This document shows, in pieces, positions 41,589 to 51,103 of a stretch of DNA of 64,000 nt. The position numbers were made by a program, and so were the translations under genes. The first letter of the stretch is position 1, and the number at the start of each line of letters is the position of its first letter. The notes beneath the pieces are model-generated. The model did no database searches. It had not been told where the DNA came from and saw only the letters and a list, made by a program, of their open reading frames with translations. The DNA is from Pseudomonadota bacterium (GTDB lineage: Bacteria; Pseudomonadota; Alphaproteobacteria; Sphingomonadales; Sphingomonadaceae). Location of the stretch: positions 9,675 to 73,674 of the forward strand of contig JAXHVK010000001.1 in NCBI GenBank assembly GCA_034211135.1. The letters are read 5' to 3'.

Positions 41589-41917
41589 CAGATCAGTGCT
41601 CCGCCGCCAAACGAGAAGAAGGACAGGAAGAAGCTCGACGCCGCGAAGGCTATGGAGAGGCCGAAGACGATCTGCACGAGGCGGCGAAAACCGCCAGAGG
41701 TGTCGCCGAAGGCGAGCGTCAGTCCCGTGACGATGATGATGATCACCGCGACGATCTTGGCGACCGGCCCTTCGATGGATTCCAGGATTGACTGGAGCGG
41801 CGCCTCCCAGGGCATGCCCGAGCCCGCCGCATGGGCGGGCGCGACGAGCAGAAGGCTGAACGCAAGCGCCGTCGCGTAGAGCGGCCAGCGTGGATAGAGA
41901 ATTGTGGTTTTGGTCAT
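41588..41917 (-). CDS. trbC: TrbC/VirB2 pilin
   Basis: AGSGMPWEAPLQSILESIEGPVAK. Confidence 0.95.
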   Translation of the reverse strand: MTKTTILYPRWPLYATALAFSLLLVAPAHAAGSGMPWEAPLQSILESIEGPVAKIVAVIIIIVTGLTLAFGDTSGGFRRLVQIVFGLSIAFAASSFFLSFFSFGGGALI

Positions 41918-42897
41918 GGATGGTCTCCTGTCTGGGGGTGAAGAAGTGGTTGGATCTGGTAATCCCCGGTCGCATCGAGGCCCTCGACGCGAGCGAGCTC
42001 GGAAAGCCGGCGCGCCGATCCGCGCCCCGAGAGGACGGCGATCAGGTCGATCGTCTCTGCGATCATCGCGCGGGGCACGGTGACGACGGCTTCCTGGATG
42101 AGTTGTTCGAGGCGGCGCAGCGCACCGAGCGCTGAACCGGCATGGATGGTGCCGATGCCGCCGGGATGGCCGGTGCCCCAGGCTTTCAAGAGATCGAGCG
42201 CCTCAGCGCCGCGCACCTCTCCAATGGGAATGCGGTCAGGACGAAGGCGGAGCGAGGAGCGAACGAGATCGGAGAGCGACGCAACGCCATCCTTGGTCCG
42301 CAGAGCGACAAGGTTGGGCGTCAGGCATTGGAGTTCACGCGTATCTTCGATCAGAACGACGCGGTCGGAGGATTTGGCGACCTCTGCGAGCAGCGCGTTG
42401 GTAAGAGTGGTTTTGCCGGTCGAGGTGCCGCCGGCGACAAGGATGTTGGCGCGGGATGTGATGGCGTCGCACAATGCCGCCGCCGCATCGTCCGGCATGA
42501 TCCCGGCGCGGACATAGTCTTCGAGCGTGAAGACGGCGACGGCCGGTTTGCGGATCGCGAAGACCGGCGCGGCGACGACAGGCGGCAACAGCCCCTCGAA
42601 CCGCTCCCCCGTTCCCGGCAGCTCCGCGGACACACGCGGGGATCCTGCATGGACCTCTGCGCCGATATGGTGCGCAACCAGACGGACGATGCGTTCGCCG
42701 TCAGCGGCGGAGAGCTCTTCACCTGTGTCGGCGAGACCTTCGCATAGCCGGTCTACCCAAAGACGTCCGTCCGGATTGAGCATCACCTCGACAACTGCAG
42801 GGTCTTCGAGCCATGCAGCTACATCAGCTCCCAGAGCGGTCCTGAGCATGCGTGCGCCACGAGCGAGCGCTTCGGATTTGAATGTGTGGACGGTCAT
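41914..42897 (-). CDS. trbB: TrbB/VirB11 ATPase
   Basis: [16 protein letters not shown] and GEVRG. Confidence 0.95.
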   Translation of the reverse strand: MTVHTFKSEALARGARMLRTALGADVAAWLEDPAVVEVMLNPDGRLWVDRLCEGLADTGEELSAADGERIVRLVAHHIGAEVHAGSPRVSAELPGTGERFEGLLPPVVAAPVFAIRKPAVAVFTLEDYVRAGIMPDDAAAALCDAITSRANILVAGGTSTGKTTLTNALLAEVAKSSDRVVLIEDTRELQCLTPNLVALRTKDGVASLSDLVRSSLRLRPDRIPIGEVRGAEALDLLKAWGTGHPGGIGTIHAGSALGALRRLEQLIQEAVVTVPRAMIAETIDLIAVLSGRGSARRLSELARVEGLDATGDYQIQPLLHPQTGDHP

Positions 42898-43075
42898 TGG
42901 CGGCCCCGCATTGGATTACGGGGTCGATCAAGAAGACCGTTAAAGGCTCAGCGGCAACAGCTTAGAAGGCGTAGTAGTACAACGGCGTGGAACGGCAGGA
43001 AATTGCGTAGGTCGCGGAGTTGAATAAGGGCGGGTTTGCGAACCGAGCGGTCATAGATCAAGTGGCCGAGTCCAG

Positions 43076-43936
43076 CTATCCAAGTGCAACTAGCTCTTTG
43101 AAGTCAGTCTCGCGGATGATGCGGAGCGGCTGACCGGCAGAGACAAGGTCTTCTGCCTTCCGATGCTTCGAGGATTTGTCATGTCCGGCCAATTTGGTCA
43201 CGTCCATGTCACCGACGACGAGCATCGTCGTCTTCTTCGTCACGCTGTTCGCCACGGTGCACCCAGCCGACGCCGCAAGATCAGCAGCCTCGCGACGCGG
43301 TATCTCAAGTGCACCTGTGAACACAATCACTTCACCTGCAAAAGGTCCATCAGGATTTCCGTCACGTGTGATTGAGGCCGCGCCGGTTGATGATGGGTCT
43401 ATAGGTTGCAGGACTCGTCTCTGCATTGCATCGAGGTCGAGACCGCTTTCCTGCATCGCGGCAAGCATGACATGGCCCGCCGCCTTGGCATCCTCCAAAG
43501 CGTTGTGATGCTCGAAGGTGTAACCGATCATCTTGCAGACGTTGGCCAAACCGTAACCCGACTGTGCGCACTCTGACCAAACGCGACGTGCGACGCGTGC
43601 GGAGTCGAGCCATGTGCAGGAAGGGGCAGTGATCGACCACCGACCCGCTGCTTGGCGCATCGCGACACGGTCGAAGTGCGTATGAGTAACAACGACCTGT
43701 CCACCAAGGAATCGGGCAATTTCGGATGCTGCGTCACTGAATGTCGGTGCGCCTTGCACATCGCCTTCCGAGATACCATGGATCGAAATGTTGACGGGAT
43801 CGAAGAAGTCGTCCGGATCGATGAGGGAATACCATTCTGTCGCAATCGCGCCATTCTCGAAAGCAACTACTCCAATAGAACAGATCGAAGCCATGTCAGC
43901 GTTTGCGGTTTCAACGTCGATCGCGACAAATCGCAT
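43076..43936 (-). CDS. DEDDh 3'-5' exonuclease with C-terminal BRCT domain
   Basis: IDVET, HFD and HNALED; BRCT-like VFTG...SVTKKTTMLVVG. Confidence 0.85.
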   Translation of the reverse strand: MRFVAIDVETANADMASICSIGVVAFENGAIATEWYSLIDPDDFFDPVNISIHGISEGDVQGAPTFSDAASEIARFLGGQVVVTHTHFDRVAMRQAAGRWSITAPSCTWLDSARVARRVWSECAQSGYGLANVCKMIGYTFEHHNALEDAKAAGHVMLAAMQESGLDLDAMQRRVLQPIDPSSTGAASITRDGNPDGPFAGEVIVFTGALEIPRREAADLAASAGCTVANSVTKKTTMLVVGDMDVTKLAGHDKSSKHRKAEDLVSAGQPLRIIRETDFKELVALG

Positions 43937-44067
43937 AGACAAGCCCTCCAGCAAATGACGGGTACAAATACATGCAACGAGATCAATGCAGGCATTGTTT
44001 ATCCGTCAATCATGCCGGAAAACATCGATATTCAAAATAGGCTCAAAGACGTTATTGACCAGAACAG

Positions 44068-44472
44068 TCACCTAATGTCCTCAGACACTTCCTTCACCAA
44101 TGAGTTGCCCTTCGCCAAGCGTCGACCAAGGGTCTTCACAAAGCCTTCATACCGCTCGCGGCCTTTCGCTTGCGCAGCATCGCGCATCGACTCTGGTAAT
44201 GGCGGAGTCGTCGTAAGCCAGAAACGGACAAACAGAGCGACCGCTTCGTTGCCGATGGTCACGTCCCGCTCAAGGCGTTCGACGGCGCGAGTCAGCCGAT
44301 CGAGACGCCGCGTGATCGCTGCCTCACGCTGATCGGCGGCGTCCGGTGAGAGATAGGAGGCCAGCGCCGCTTCCACGATCTGAGATTTCGAAACTTTGCG
44401 CCGCGCCGCCAGCGCGTCGAGCTCCGCTGACAACGACGGATCGAAATAGACATTGAGCCGATCTTTCTTCAT
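44068..44472 (-). CDS. CopG/ribbon-helix-helix regulator of the ICE
   Basis: RLNVYF...SKSQIVEAALASYLSPD; lies downstream of traG. Confidence 0.85.
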   Translation of the reverse strand: MKKDRLNVYFDPSLSAELDALAARRKVSKSQIVEAALASYLSPDAADQREAAITRRLDRLTRAVERLERDVTIGNEAVALFVRFWLTTTPPLPESMRDAAQAKGRERYEGFVKTLGRRLAKGNSLVKEVSEDIR

Positions 44473-44480
44473 GGCGAGCC

Positions 44481-46490
44481 TCAAAGATCGATGCCGTCAT
44501 CGGGATCAAGCGAGGCCTGCCGGGCGATGCTCCGGAAGCGGCCCTGCATCTGGCGGGCGCGCTGCGCGTCGTCATCCGGCTCGTCGTCGAGACTCGCGAA
44601 CTCCTCCCGTGCCGACTGCGCCGGTTCCGGCGCGATGTCTTCATGCTCGGGCAATTCAGGCTCGCGGCGGATACCCCCATCGGCGTCTTCGCCCGCATCG
44701 CCAGACCTCTTCTTCCGGGGCTTGGGAGCAACGATGGGCGCTCGGCCGCTCCAATCATCCCTCTGCACTTCGTTTGGTGCGGCTACTTCAGCGATAAGGT
44801 TCGGCGGCGACTGGATGCGTGTCTTGAGCTGCGGGTCGGCATAGTAGCGCGCCTTCTTCCCCCGGACCGGCGGCGCGCCAGAGATGAGAACGATTTCATC
44901 ATCGGGGGGAAGTTGCATGATCTCGCCGGGCGTCAGCAAAGGCCGCGCGGTCTCTTGCCGGGAGACCATGAGATGGCCAAGCCAGGGCGACAATCTGTGC
45001 CCGGCGTAGTTCTTCATCGCCCGCATCTCGGTCGCCGTGCCGAGGGCGTCGGACACGCGCTTGGCGGTGCGTTCGTCATTCGTCGCGAAGCTCACCCGAA
45101 CATGGCAGTTGTCGAGGATGGCGTTGTTCTGGCCGTAGGCCTTCTCGATCTGATTGAGGGACTGGGCGATGAGGAATGCCTTGAGCCCATAGCCTGCCAT
45201 GAAGGCAAGCTGACTCTCGAAGAAATCGAGACGCCCGAGCGCGGGAAACTCGTCGAGCATAAGCAACAGGCGATGGCGCTTGCGATTGGCGTTCAACTCT
45301 TCTGTCAGCCTGCGTCCGATCTGGTTCAGCACAAGCCGGACGAGCGGCTTTGTGCGGCTGATGTCGGAGGGCGGCACGACGAGATAGAGCGTGGTCGGCC
45401 GCGCGCCGGAGACCAGATCCTTGATCCGCCAATCGCAGCGGCTCGTGACCCTAGCGACGACGGGATCGCGATAGAGGCCCAGAAAACTCATCGCCGTAGA
45501 CAGAACACCGGAGCGTTCGTTTTCCGACTTGTTGAGGAGTTCACGCGCCGCCTGCGCCACGACCGGGTGCGGCCGGTCGCCAAGATGTGGGGTGCGCATC
45601 ATCGCCGCGAGCGTCGCCTCGATCGGCCGGCCCGGATCAGAGAGGAAGGCGGCGACGCCGGCGAGCGTCTTGTCCGCCTCAGCGTAGAGGACATGGAGGA
45701 TCGCGCCGACGAGCAGCGAATGGCTGGTCTTCTCCCAATGGTTCCGGCGTTCGAGCAGACCTTCCGGATCGACGAGGATGTCGGCGACGTTCTGGACGTC
45801 GCGTACTTCGCTGTCGCCGCGCCGGACTTCGAGCAGTGGATTGTAGGCCGCGCTCTTCGCGTCGGTCGGATCGAACAGGATGGTGCGGGTGAACCGCGCC
45901 CGCCACCCGGCGGTGAGCTGCCAATTCTCTCCCTTGATGTCATGGACGATGGCCGAGCCCGGCCAGGTCAAGAGACTCGGGACGACGAGGCCGACGCCCT
46001 TGCCCGAGCGGGTTGGCGCGAAGCAGAGCACATGCTCCGGGCCGTCATGCCGGAGGTAGTGGTTCTCGAAGCGGCCAAGCACGACGCCGTCCGCGGCAAG
46101 CAACCCGGACGATTCAACGTCCTTCCGCTCCGCCCATCGGGCTGAGCCGTAGGTGGTTACGTCGCGCGCCTCGCGAGCCCGGAGGACGGAGAGGAAAATC
46201 GCGACACCGATCGCGGCGATCCCGCCGCTGCCGGCAATGATCGCGCCTTCGACGAACACACGCGGCGCATAGGCGTCGTAGAAATACCACCAGACGAAGA
46301 AGCTCCAGGGCGGATAGATCGGCCATCCGAGAATGTCCGTCGTCGGCGCGCCGAGCTGAGGCTGAAAGCCGAGCCGCCATGCGGTCCACTGTGTTGCGGC
46401 CCAGATGAAACCGACCACAACGAGCGAGACAATGATGATCTGGCCCCAGAGGATTTTGGTGGCCTGTGTTGGCTGTGTCTTGATCGGCAT
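44481..46490 (-). CDS. traG: TraG/VirD4 type IV coupling protein
   Basis: FAPTRSGKGVG, DIKGE and LDEF. Confidence 0.95.
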   Translation of the reverse strand: MPIKTQPTQATKILWGQIIIVSLVVVGFIWAATQWTAWRLGFQPQLGAPTTDILGWPIYPPWSFFVWWYFYDAYAPRVFVEGAIIAGSGGIAAIGVAIFLSVLRAREARDVTTYGSARWAERKDVESSGLLAADGVVLGRFENHYLRHDGPEHVLCFAPTRSGKGVGLVVPSLLTWPGSAIVHDIKGENWQLTAGWRARFTRTILFDPTDAKSAAYNPLLEVRRGDSEVRDVQNVADILVDPEGLLERRNHWEKTSHSLLVGAILHVLYAEADKTLAGVAAFLSDPGRPIEATLAAMMRTPHLGDRPHPVVAQAARELLNKSENERSGVLSTAMSFLGLYRDPVVARVTSRCDWRIKDLVSGARPTTLYLVVPPSDISRTKPLVRLVLNQIGRRLTEELNANRKRHRLLLMLDEFPALGRLDFFESQLAFMAGYGLKAFLIAQSLNQIEKAYGQNNAILDNCHVRVSFATNDERTAKRVSDALGTATEMRAMKNYAGHRLSPWLGHLMVSRQETARPLLTPGEIMQLPPDDEIVLISGAPPVRGKKARYYADPQLKTRIQSPPNLIAEVAAPNEVQRDDWSGRAPIVAPKPRKKRSGDAGEDADGGIRREPELPEHEDIAPEPAQSAREEFASLDDEPDDDAQRARQMQGRFRSIARQASLDPDDGIDL

Positions 46491-46512
46491 GTCTTTTCCT
46501 TCCGGGCAATGC

Positions 46513-48270
46513 TCAGATGCCAAGCCCGCGCTTGCGGCCAAGGCTCCAGTCGATCCCACCGCCCGGCGTCATCGTTCCCATCACGGTCTGGCTGAGATGG
46601 CGTTCGAGCTGGGGTTTCCACGGGACGAGTTCGAAGCCGAGGCCGTCATCGACCATGGCGAAACGGCCTGAGGCGAGATCGAGACGCTGGCGATAAGTGC
46701 CCGAGATGCGATCGCCTTCTGCAGAATTTCTGCGAAGCAAGCCGGTCTCGGCTTCGATAGTGGCGGCCGCTGCGTCGAGCTCCCGTTCGCGCAACGTCTT
46801 CAGGAGATCCCGGGCGAAGGTGACGCGTCGTCCGTTCCTTGTCGCAAGCCCCTCGGCGACCAGATGATCGGCGCGCCGGTCGAGCGCGTCGCGAACTTCA
46901 GCGCCGAAGCCGCCCATGCTGAGCGGCGCTTGGGTCCTGGCGAGTTGCAGCCGATCGAGCCAGGTCGCGCCGTTCGCACCGATCTGGGTTTGGAGATTGA
47001 CGTCAGAGCGGCCGACGAGGGCCATACGCTGATGGCCTCCATCGTCCGAGCGCCAGACCCGCGTTTCAACAATCCCGCCTTCGGGCGTGTCGCCCGTGGC
47101 GTCGAGATCGCTGAAGCGCAGATGATGGACGCGGCCGTCCACCGCGTCGATCACGGCATAGGCCTCGCCGCGCAACTCGTCATGAAGTCCGCGCTCGACC
47201 AGCCGTCCCAGGACTGGGACGCTCGGTGTTTCCTCGATCGCGAAGTCCGTTTGTGTGCGTCCTGGTCCGCCGGACATGGCGCGGTGCATGGTCTTGATGA
47301 TGTCGCCACGCTCGGCAAGATCGCGCAACGTTTCCTGTGCGCCCGGTTTCAGGGACCAGACCGCGGGGGCGAGCCTGTCGGCGAGGCCGAGCCGCTCCAG
47401 CATCTGGGCGCGACCGATAAGAAGTCTGCGCAGTTGCGGATCGCGCGGTTCGGGAGAGCCGGGACGCAGATCAGCAACCCCGGCGCCGTCATCGGCAAGC
47501 CCCTGAAGCGCGCGGTCAAGACCCGTCCAGCGTTCGGCTTTCACTTCCGCCTGAAGCCCGGCTGCGATCTCCCGCTCGGTGCGCGGCCCGAGCTCCAGTT
47601 CGACCAATTGCTCGGCGCGGCTGCGGAGCCCTCGGCTGATATAGTCGCGGGCGATGACGAGGTCCTTGCCATCATCCGCTCGGCCGCGCACGAGAACATG
47701 GATGTGCGGATTGTCGGTGTTCCAATGATCGACGCCGATCCAGTCAAGCTTCGTGCCGAGATCGCGCTCGGCCTGGCTCATCAGGTCGCGTGTGTAGGCG
47801 CGCAGGTCTTCGAGGCGGTCGGCGTCTTCGGGCGAGACGATGAAGCGGAAATGATGGCGGTCCTCTTCGCAACGTTCGGCGAAGGCGCGATCATCGACGC
47901 TGTCCGCTTCGGCGTTGAACATGCCCGCATCAAGCCCGTCGCGGGTCACACCCTCACGCTTGAGATAGGCGATGTGTTTGGCGAGCGGGGCGGAACGGAA
48001 ACGTGCGCCACGATGACGGACGATCCGCGCCTTGACGACGACGCGCCGCTGGGTGCGCGCGAGCCCCCGTGCCGCACCGGCGAAGCGGCCCCGGCCGAAT
48101 TGCGATCCGCGACGACGTCCTTTCGAACCGTTCAGCTTGTATCCGGTGTGTCCGGCCTTGCGGGCGGCGCCCATGACCTGGCCGACAAAGCTTTGCGCCT
48201 TCCGGGCGCTTGTCCCCTTGTTGCGGATGCGGCCGGGCCGGATGCGCATGTCATTATCGCGGTCGCTCAT
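46513..48270 (-). CDS. Relaxase (MOBP/VirD2-like, RlxS-like with DUF3363)
   Basis: YLKREG motif I, HFRFIVSPED and HWNTDNPHIH HUH motif. Confidence 0.93.
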   Translation of the reverse strand: MSDRDNDMRIRPGRIRNKGTSARKAQSFVGQVMGAARKAGHTGYKLNGSKGRRRGSQFGRGRFAGAARGLARTQRRVVVKARIVRHRGARFRSAPLAKHIAYLKREGVTRDGLDAGMFNAEADSVDDRAFAERCEEDRHHFRFIVSPEDADRLEDLRAYTRDLMSQAERDLGTKLDWIGVDHWNTDNPHIHVLVRGRADDGKDLVIARDYISRGLRSRAEQLVELELGPRTEREIAAGLQAEVKAERWTGLDRALQGLADDGAGVADLRPGSPEPRDPQLRRLLIGRAQMLERLGLADRLAPAVWSLKPGAQETLRDLAERGDIIKTMHRAMSGGPGRTQTDFAIEETPSVPVLGRLVERGLHDELRGEAYAVIDAVDGRVHHLRFSDLDATGDTPEGGIVETRVWRSDDGGHQRMALVGRSDVNLQTQIGANGATWLDRLQLARTQAPLSMGGFGAEVRDALDRRADHLVAEGLATRNGRRVTFARDLLKTLRERELDAAAATIEAETGLLRRNSAEGDRISGTYRQRLDLASGRFAMVDDGLGFELVPWKPQLERHLSQTVMGTMTPGGGIDWSLGRKRGLGI

Positions 48271-48296
48271 GACAAAGCGCCCGCTTGAAAGCGCGC

Positions 48297-48442
48297 GGCA
48301 CGGTGAAACCCGCATAAAAACAGTGGGTTGGGCGATGAGATGGCACTGTGCCCATGACCGCAGCGGGCGAAATACCCAACAACAACAATGACATAGCGGG
48401 CATCGGTGCCGCGCCTTTTATCTCGCCCTCCCGTTGTTGTTG
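48297..48442. other. Candidate oriT
   Basis: Intergenic region upstream of the relaxase with nested inverted repeats and TATCTCGC, resembling a MOBP nick site. Confidence 0.55.
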
Positions 48443-48517
48443 CGCCTTCCGTCCCCTTCCTTCCTCCCGGAAACACGCCATCGCACGACGGACTGCGCGA
48501 GAGTGCAATCAGCGAGA

Positions 48518-49201
48518 TCATCGCTGATCCCCGGTTCCATGTGGCGGGAATAGGCTGTCCGAAGCTCCGGATGTGTGCGGAGGATAAGCATCGGCGCCGC
48601 TGCCTGGGTGCGTTTCGTCAGCAGCCGTCTGCCGATCAGTATGTGCGGCGAATAGCGGCGCTGTGCGCCAGTCCACGGTCAGAAACGCACTCTGTTCATG
48701 CCGTTCCGCTGCAACCGATGCGCCGATGAGCGGCGCCAGCGCCGCAACATAATCGCGGGTTTCTCTGGGTAGCTGGCGACCTGTGGCTAGATGCTCGGCA
48801 TAGCGTGTCGGTCCCGCATTGTAGGCGGCGAGGAAGCCCGGCGATCCGAAGCGGTCATGCAGTTCACGGAGATAAGCGGCGCCCGCCAGAATGTTGTCGC
48901 GAGGATCGAACGGATCGCGCCCCAGACCGTAACGCGCGCGCAGCTCATCCCAGGTGTCGGGCATGATCTGCATCAGCCCCATCGCGCCTTTTTCGCTGAC
49001 GGCGCGCACGTCGCCGGCGCTTTCCTCGCGCATAACGGCGAGGATCCCATGCGCGGGGACGCCGAAGCGCTGCGCAGCTTCGGCGATAAAGGCAGCATAG
49101 GAATTGCCGCCTTGTTCCGTCCTGGAGGATGCGGTTTCTGCTGATACGGCGTGAGAGACAACCACGCCGGAGAGCAGACCGCAGAGGAGGAACTTCGCCA
49201 T
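48518..49201 (-). CDS. Lytic transglycosylase
   Basis: ES...GAMGLMQIMP and AAYNAGP. Confidence 0.9.
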   Translation of the reverse strand: MAKFLLCGLLSGVVVSHAVSAETASSRTEQGGNSYAAFIAEAAQRFGVPAHGILAVMREESAGDVRAVSEKGAMGLMQIMPDTWDELRARYGLGRDPFDPRDNILAGAAYLRELHDRFGSPGFLAAYNAGPTRYAEHLATGRQLPRETRDYVAALAPLIGASVAAERHEQSAFLTVDWRTAPLFAAHTDRQTAADETHPGSGADAYPPHTSGASDSLFPPHGTGDQR

Positions 49202-49223
49202 AATCGCGCAGCGCCGAGACGGT

Positions 49224-49571
49224 CTAGCCGCGCTCATCGCGTTTCTCGGGGCGCTTTGCAGGGCGGTTCCAATAGAGCGCCCAATTTCCGTCCTCGGCGT
49301 CGGTCTTGAAGAGATTGGCGCGGATCGGAAACGCAAAGGTCGGGTCGTCGATCTGCAAAGAGATGTATTCACCGGCTTTCTCGCCGGTGCGTTTCCAGCC
49401 GGCGCCGATTTCCGGCCCGTCATCATCGCCGTGATGGACGCGATAGTCGGGTGCGTTCTCGCTGTCTGACGGTGTTGCCGGAACGAGGGTGATTTCACGG
49501 TAGAGAATGAGCGTGTGAAGCCGACCGGTGAAGCCGGTTTCTGTGCGCGTGAATTGACCGATCTGAGCCAT
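49224..49571 (-). CDS. DUF736 domain protein
   Basis: APDYRV...IGAGWKR...YISLQIDDP. Confidence 0.88.
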   Translation of the reverse strand: MAQIGQFTRTETGFTGRLHTLILYREITLVPATPSDSENAPDYRVHHGDDDGPEIGAGWKRTGEKAGEYISLQIDDPTFAFPIRANLFKTDAEDGNWALYWNRPAKRPEKRDERG

Positions 49572-49584
49572 GGGGAAGTTCCTT

Positions 49585-50163
49585 TCATTTGCGGTCGGAA
49601 GATTTTTGGGAGGCCCCGGCGTCGCGATCGGCGCGCCAGACATACCGGCCGTCGCCGTCTTCATCGGTGAGGATCGGAACGGCGCGTCCGATCACGGCGT
49701 CCGCCGGGAGCGCGCCGAAATAGCGACCATCGAGACTGTCGGGATGGCTGGGATTCAGGAGGAAGAGCTCTGTTCTGGCGACGATGTGGCAGCCCTGCCA
49801 AACGGGCAGGTCGCGTCCGAAGCGGTCGCTCGGCCTAGCCTGCGCCAGGGTGATGTCGTCGACAGTGACAGCGGCGCCATCGCGGCAGACACGCTGTCCT
49901 GGAAGCGCAGCGATATGCTTGAGGAGCGGCACGCCTTCAGGCAGATAGCCGCGCTCGTCGAGATAGATCGCAAGCGATTTCGGCGGATCGACGACGACCA
50001 GATCGCCTACGGCAAGATCGTCTTCCGACGCGACGGCGTAGAGTCCAATGGGCGCGCTCGCGGACGCGTTCCAGATCAGCTTTGGGCTCACATGGACGAA
50101 GGCCAGTCCGCCGATCGCGAGCACGGAGAAATAGGTCGTCATGACGTAGCCGAACCGGGTCAT
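49585..50163 (-). CDS. traF: TraF / S26 signal peptidase-like pilin maturase
   Basis: WNASASAPIGLY, LLKHIAALPG and SLDGRYFG. Confidence 0.9.
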   Translation of the reverse strand: MTRFGYVMTTYFSVLAIGGLAFVHVSPKLIWNASASAPIGLYAVASEDDLAVGDLVVVDPPKSLAIYLDERGYLPEGVPLLKHIAALPGQRVCRDGAAVTVDDITLAQARPSDRFGRDLPVWQGCHIVARTELFLLNPSHPDSLDGRYFGALPADAVIGRAVPILTDEDGDGRYVWRADRDAGASQKSSDRK

Positions 50164-50666
50164 GACGCGCTCCCCGCCGATGTGGCGCGCTGTGTCTTTA
50201 GAGCGGGCGGACAAGTTTGGCGCAGGAGCCAGGCGCGATGCTGAACGGCTGTGTAGAAGCGCGGCTCCAAGCCTGCAGACAGCCTGTTGTGAACGTGGCG
50301 CCAATAGTCCGGCACGGCGTCAGCGGGGTCGATGTCGAGCGCTTCGATCGCATCGGCGAACTGAAGAACCCGTTCGACTTTGGGCCAGCCGGAGAGACGC
50401 AACAGACTGTCGCCGCCGGGTGTCACATGCGGCACGGTCGCATAGGGCTCACCTGCTCTGGGCGCGCGCAGGATGTCGATCCGGCTTTCCGCCGTACCGA
50501 AATCATTTGCCTGCCAGCGGACGAAGGCGAAGACGGCGCCGGGATCGAATGCGACGGTGCTGCGGCTACGGCTCTGGATCGTTGTCCGCACGATCCGGCC
50601 GAAGCGAATCCAGTGCTCGATCTGCTTCTCGATCCAGACGAGCTCGACAATGGCGCCGCCGCTCAT
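50160..50666 (-). CDS. DUF2840 domain protein
   Basis: VELVWIEKQIEHWIRFG and FVRWQANDFGT. Confidence 0.88.
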   Translation of the reverse strand: MSGGAIVELVWIEKQIEHWIRFGRIVRTTIQSRSRSTVAFDPGAVFAFVRWQANDFGTAESRIDILRAPRAGEPYATVPHVTPGGDSLLRLSGWPKVERVLQFADAIEALDIDPADAVPDYWRHVHNRLSAGLEPRFYTAVQHRAWLLRQTCPPALKTQRATSAGSAS

Positions 50667-50947
50667 GAGCGGGCCTTCCGTGCATAGGCGGGCGAGATCG
50701 CTGCATGCCGCTTGGCGGGCAGCACCTCGTCGCCCGTGTCGTCCGAGGTCGAGTTCTTCTCTCCCCGGCTAACCCAGGCTTGCAAATCCTCGATCGCGTA
50801 GACGACACGCCCGCCGATCTTCGAGTAGCGCGGTCCCGTGCCGTAGGTGCGATGTTTTTCGAGCGTCCGCCCCGAAAGGCCGAGAAAACGGGCCGCTTCA
50901 GGCGTTCGTAAATAGCGTGGGGGAAGTCCGGCATTGGGATCGGGCAT
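50663..50947 (-). CDS. rdfS: AlpA/MerR-like excisionase (RdfS homolog)
   Basis: YLRTPEAARFLGLSGRTLEKHRTYGTGP; first gene of the DUF2840-traF operon. Confidence 0.88.
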   Translation of the reverse strand: MPDPNAGLPPRYLRTPEAARFLGLSGRTLEKHRTYGTGPRYSKIGGRVVYAIEDLQAWVSRGEKNSTSDDTGDEVLPAKRHAAISPAYARKARS

Positions 50948-51034
50948 AGGTCGCGTCTCCGGTTAGGCCATCCCGCTGCGGGAAGCGCGGGACTGTCGGA
51001 GACGAGAAAAGCGTAAGATGCGCGCCGGGAGGGA

Positions 51035-51062
51035 TGACGATCAGAGCGCGGCGAAAACGTCA
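51035..51062. promoter_or_regulatory. Candidate FseA-type activator box at the rdfS promoter
   Basis: TGACGA-N16-ACGTCA (5/6 inverted), about 90 bp upstream of the rdfS start. Confidence 0.45.
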
Positions 51063-51103
51063 CCCCCAAATGATCGGCGGTATCGGCGTTTCGTCAGGCT
51101 CGA

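Noticed and set aside
44643-48288. Long plus-strand ORFs (500 aa and 474 aa) opposite traG and the relaxase
   Set aside because: Antisense shadow frames of GC-rich genes; no recognisable motifs.
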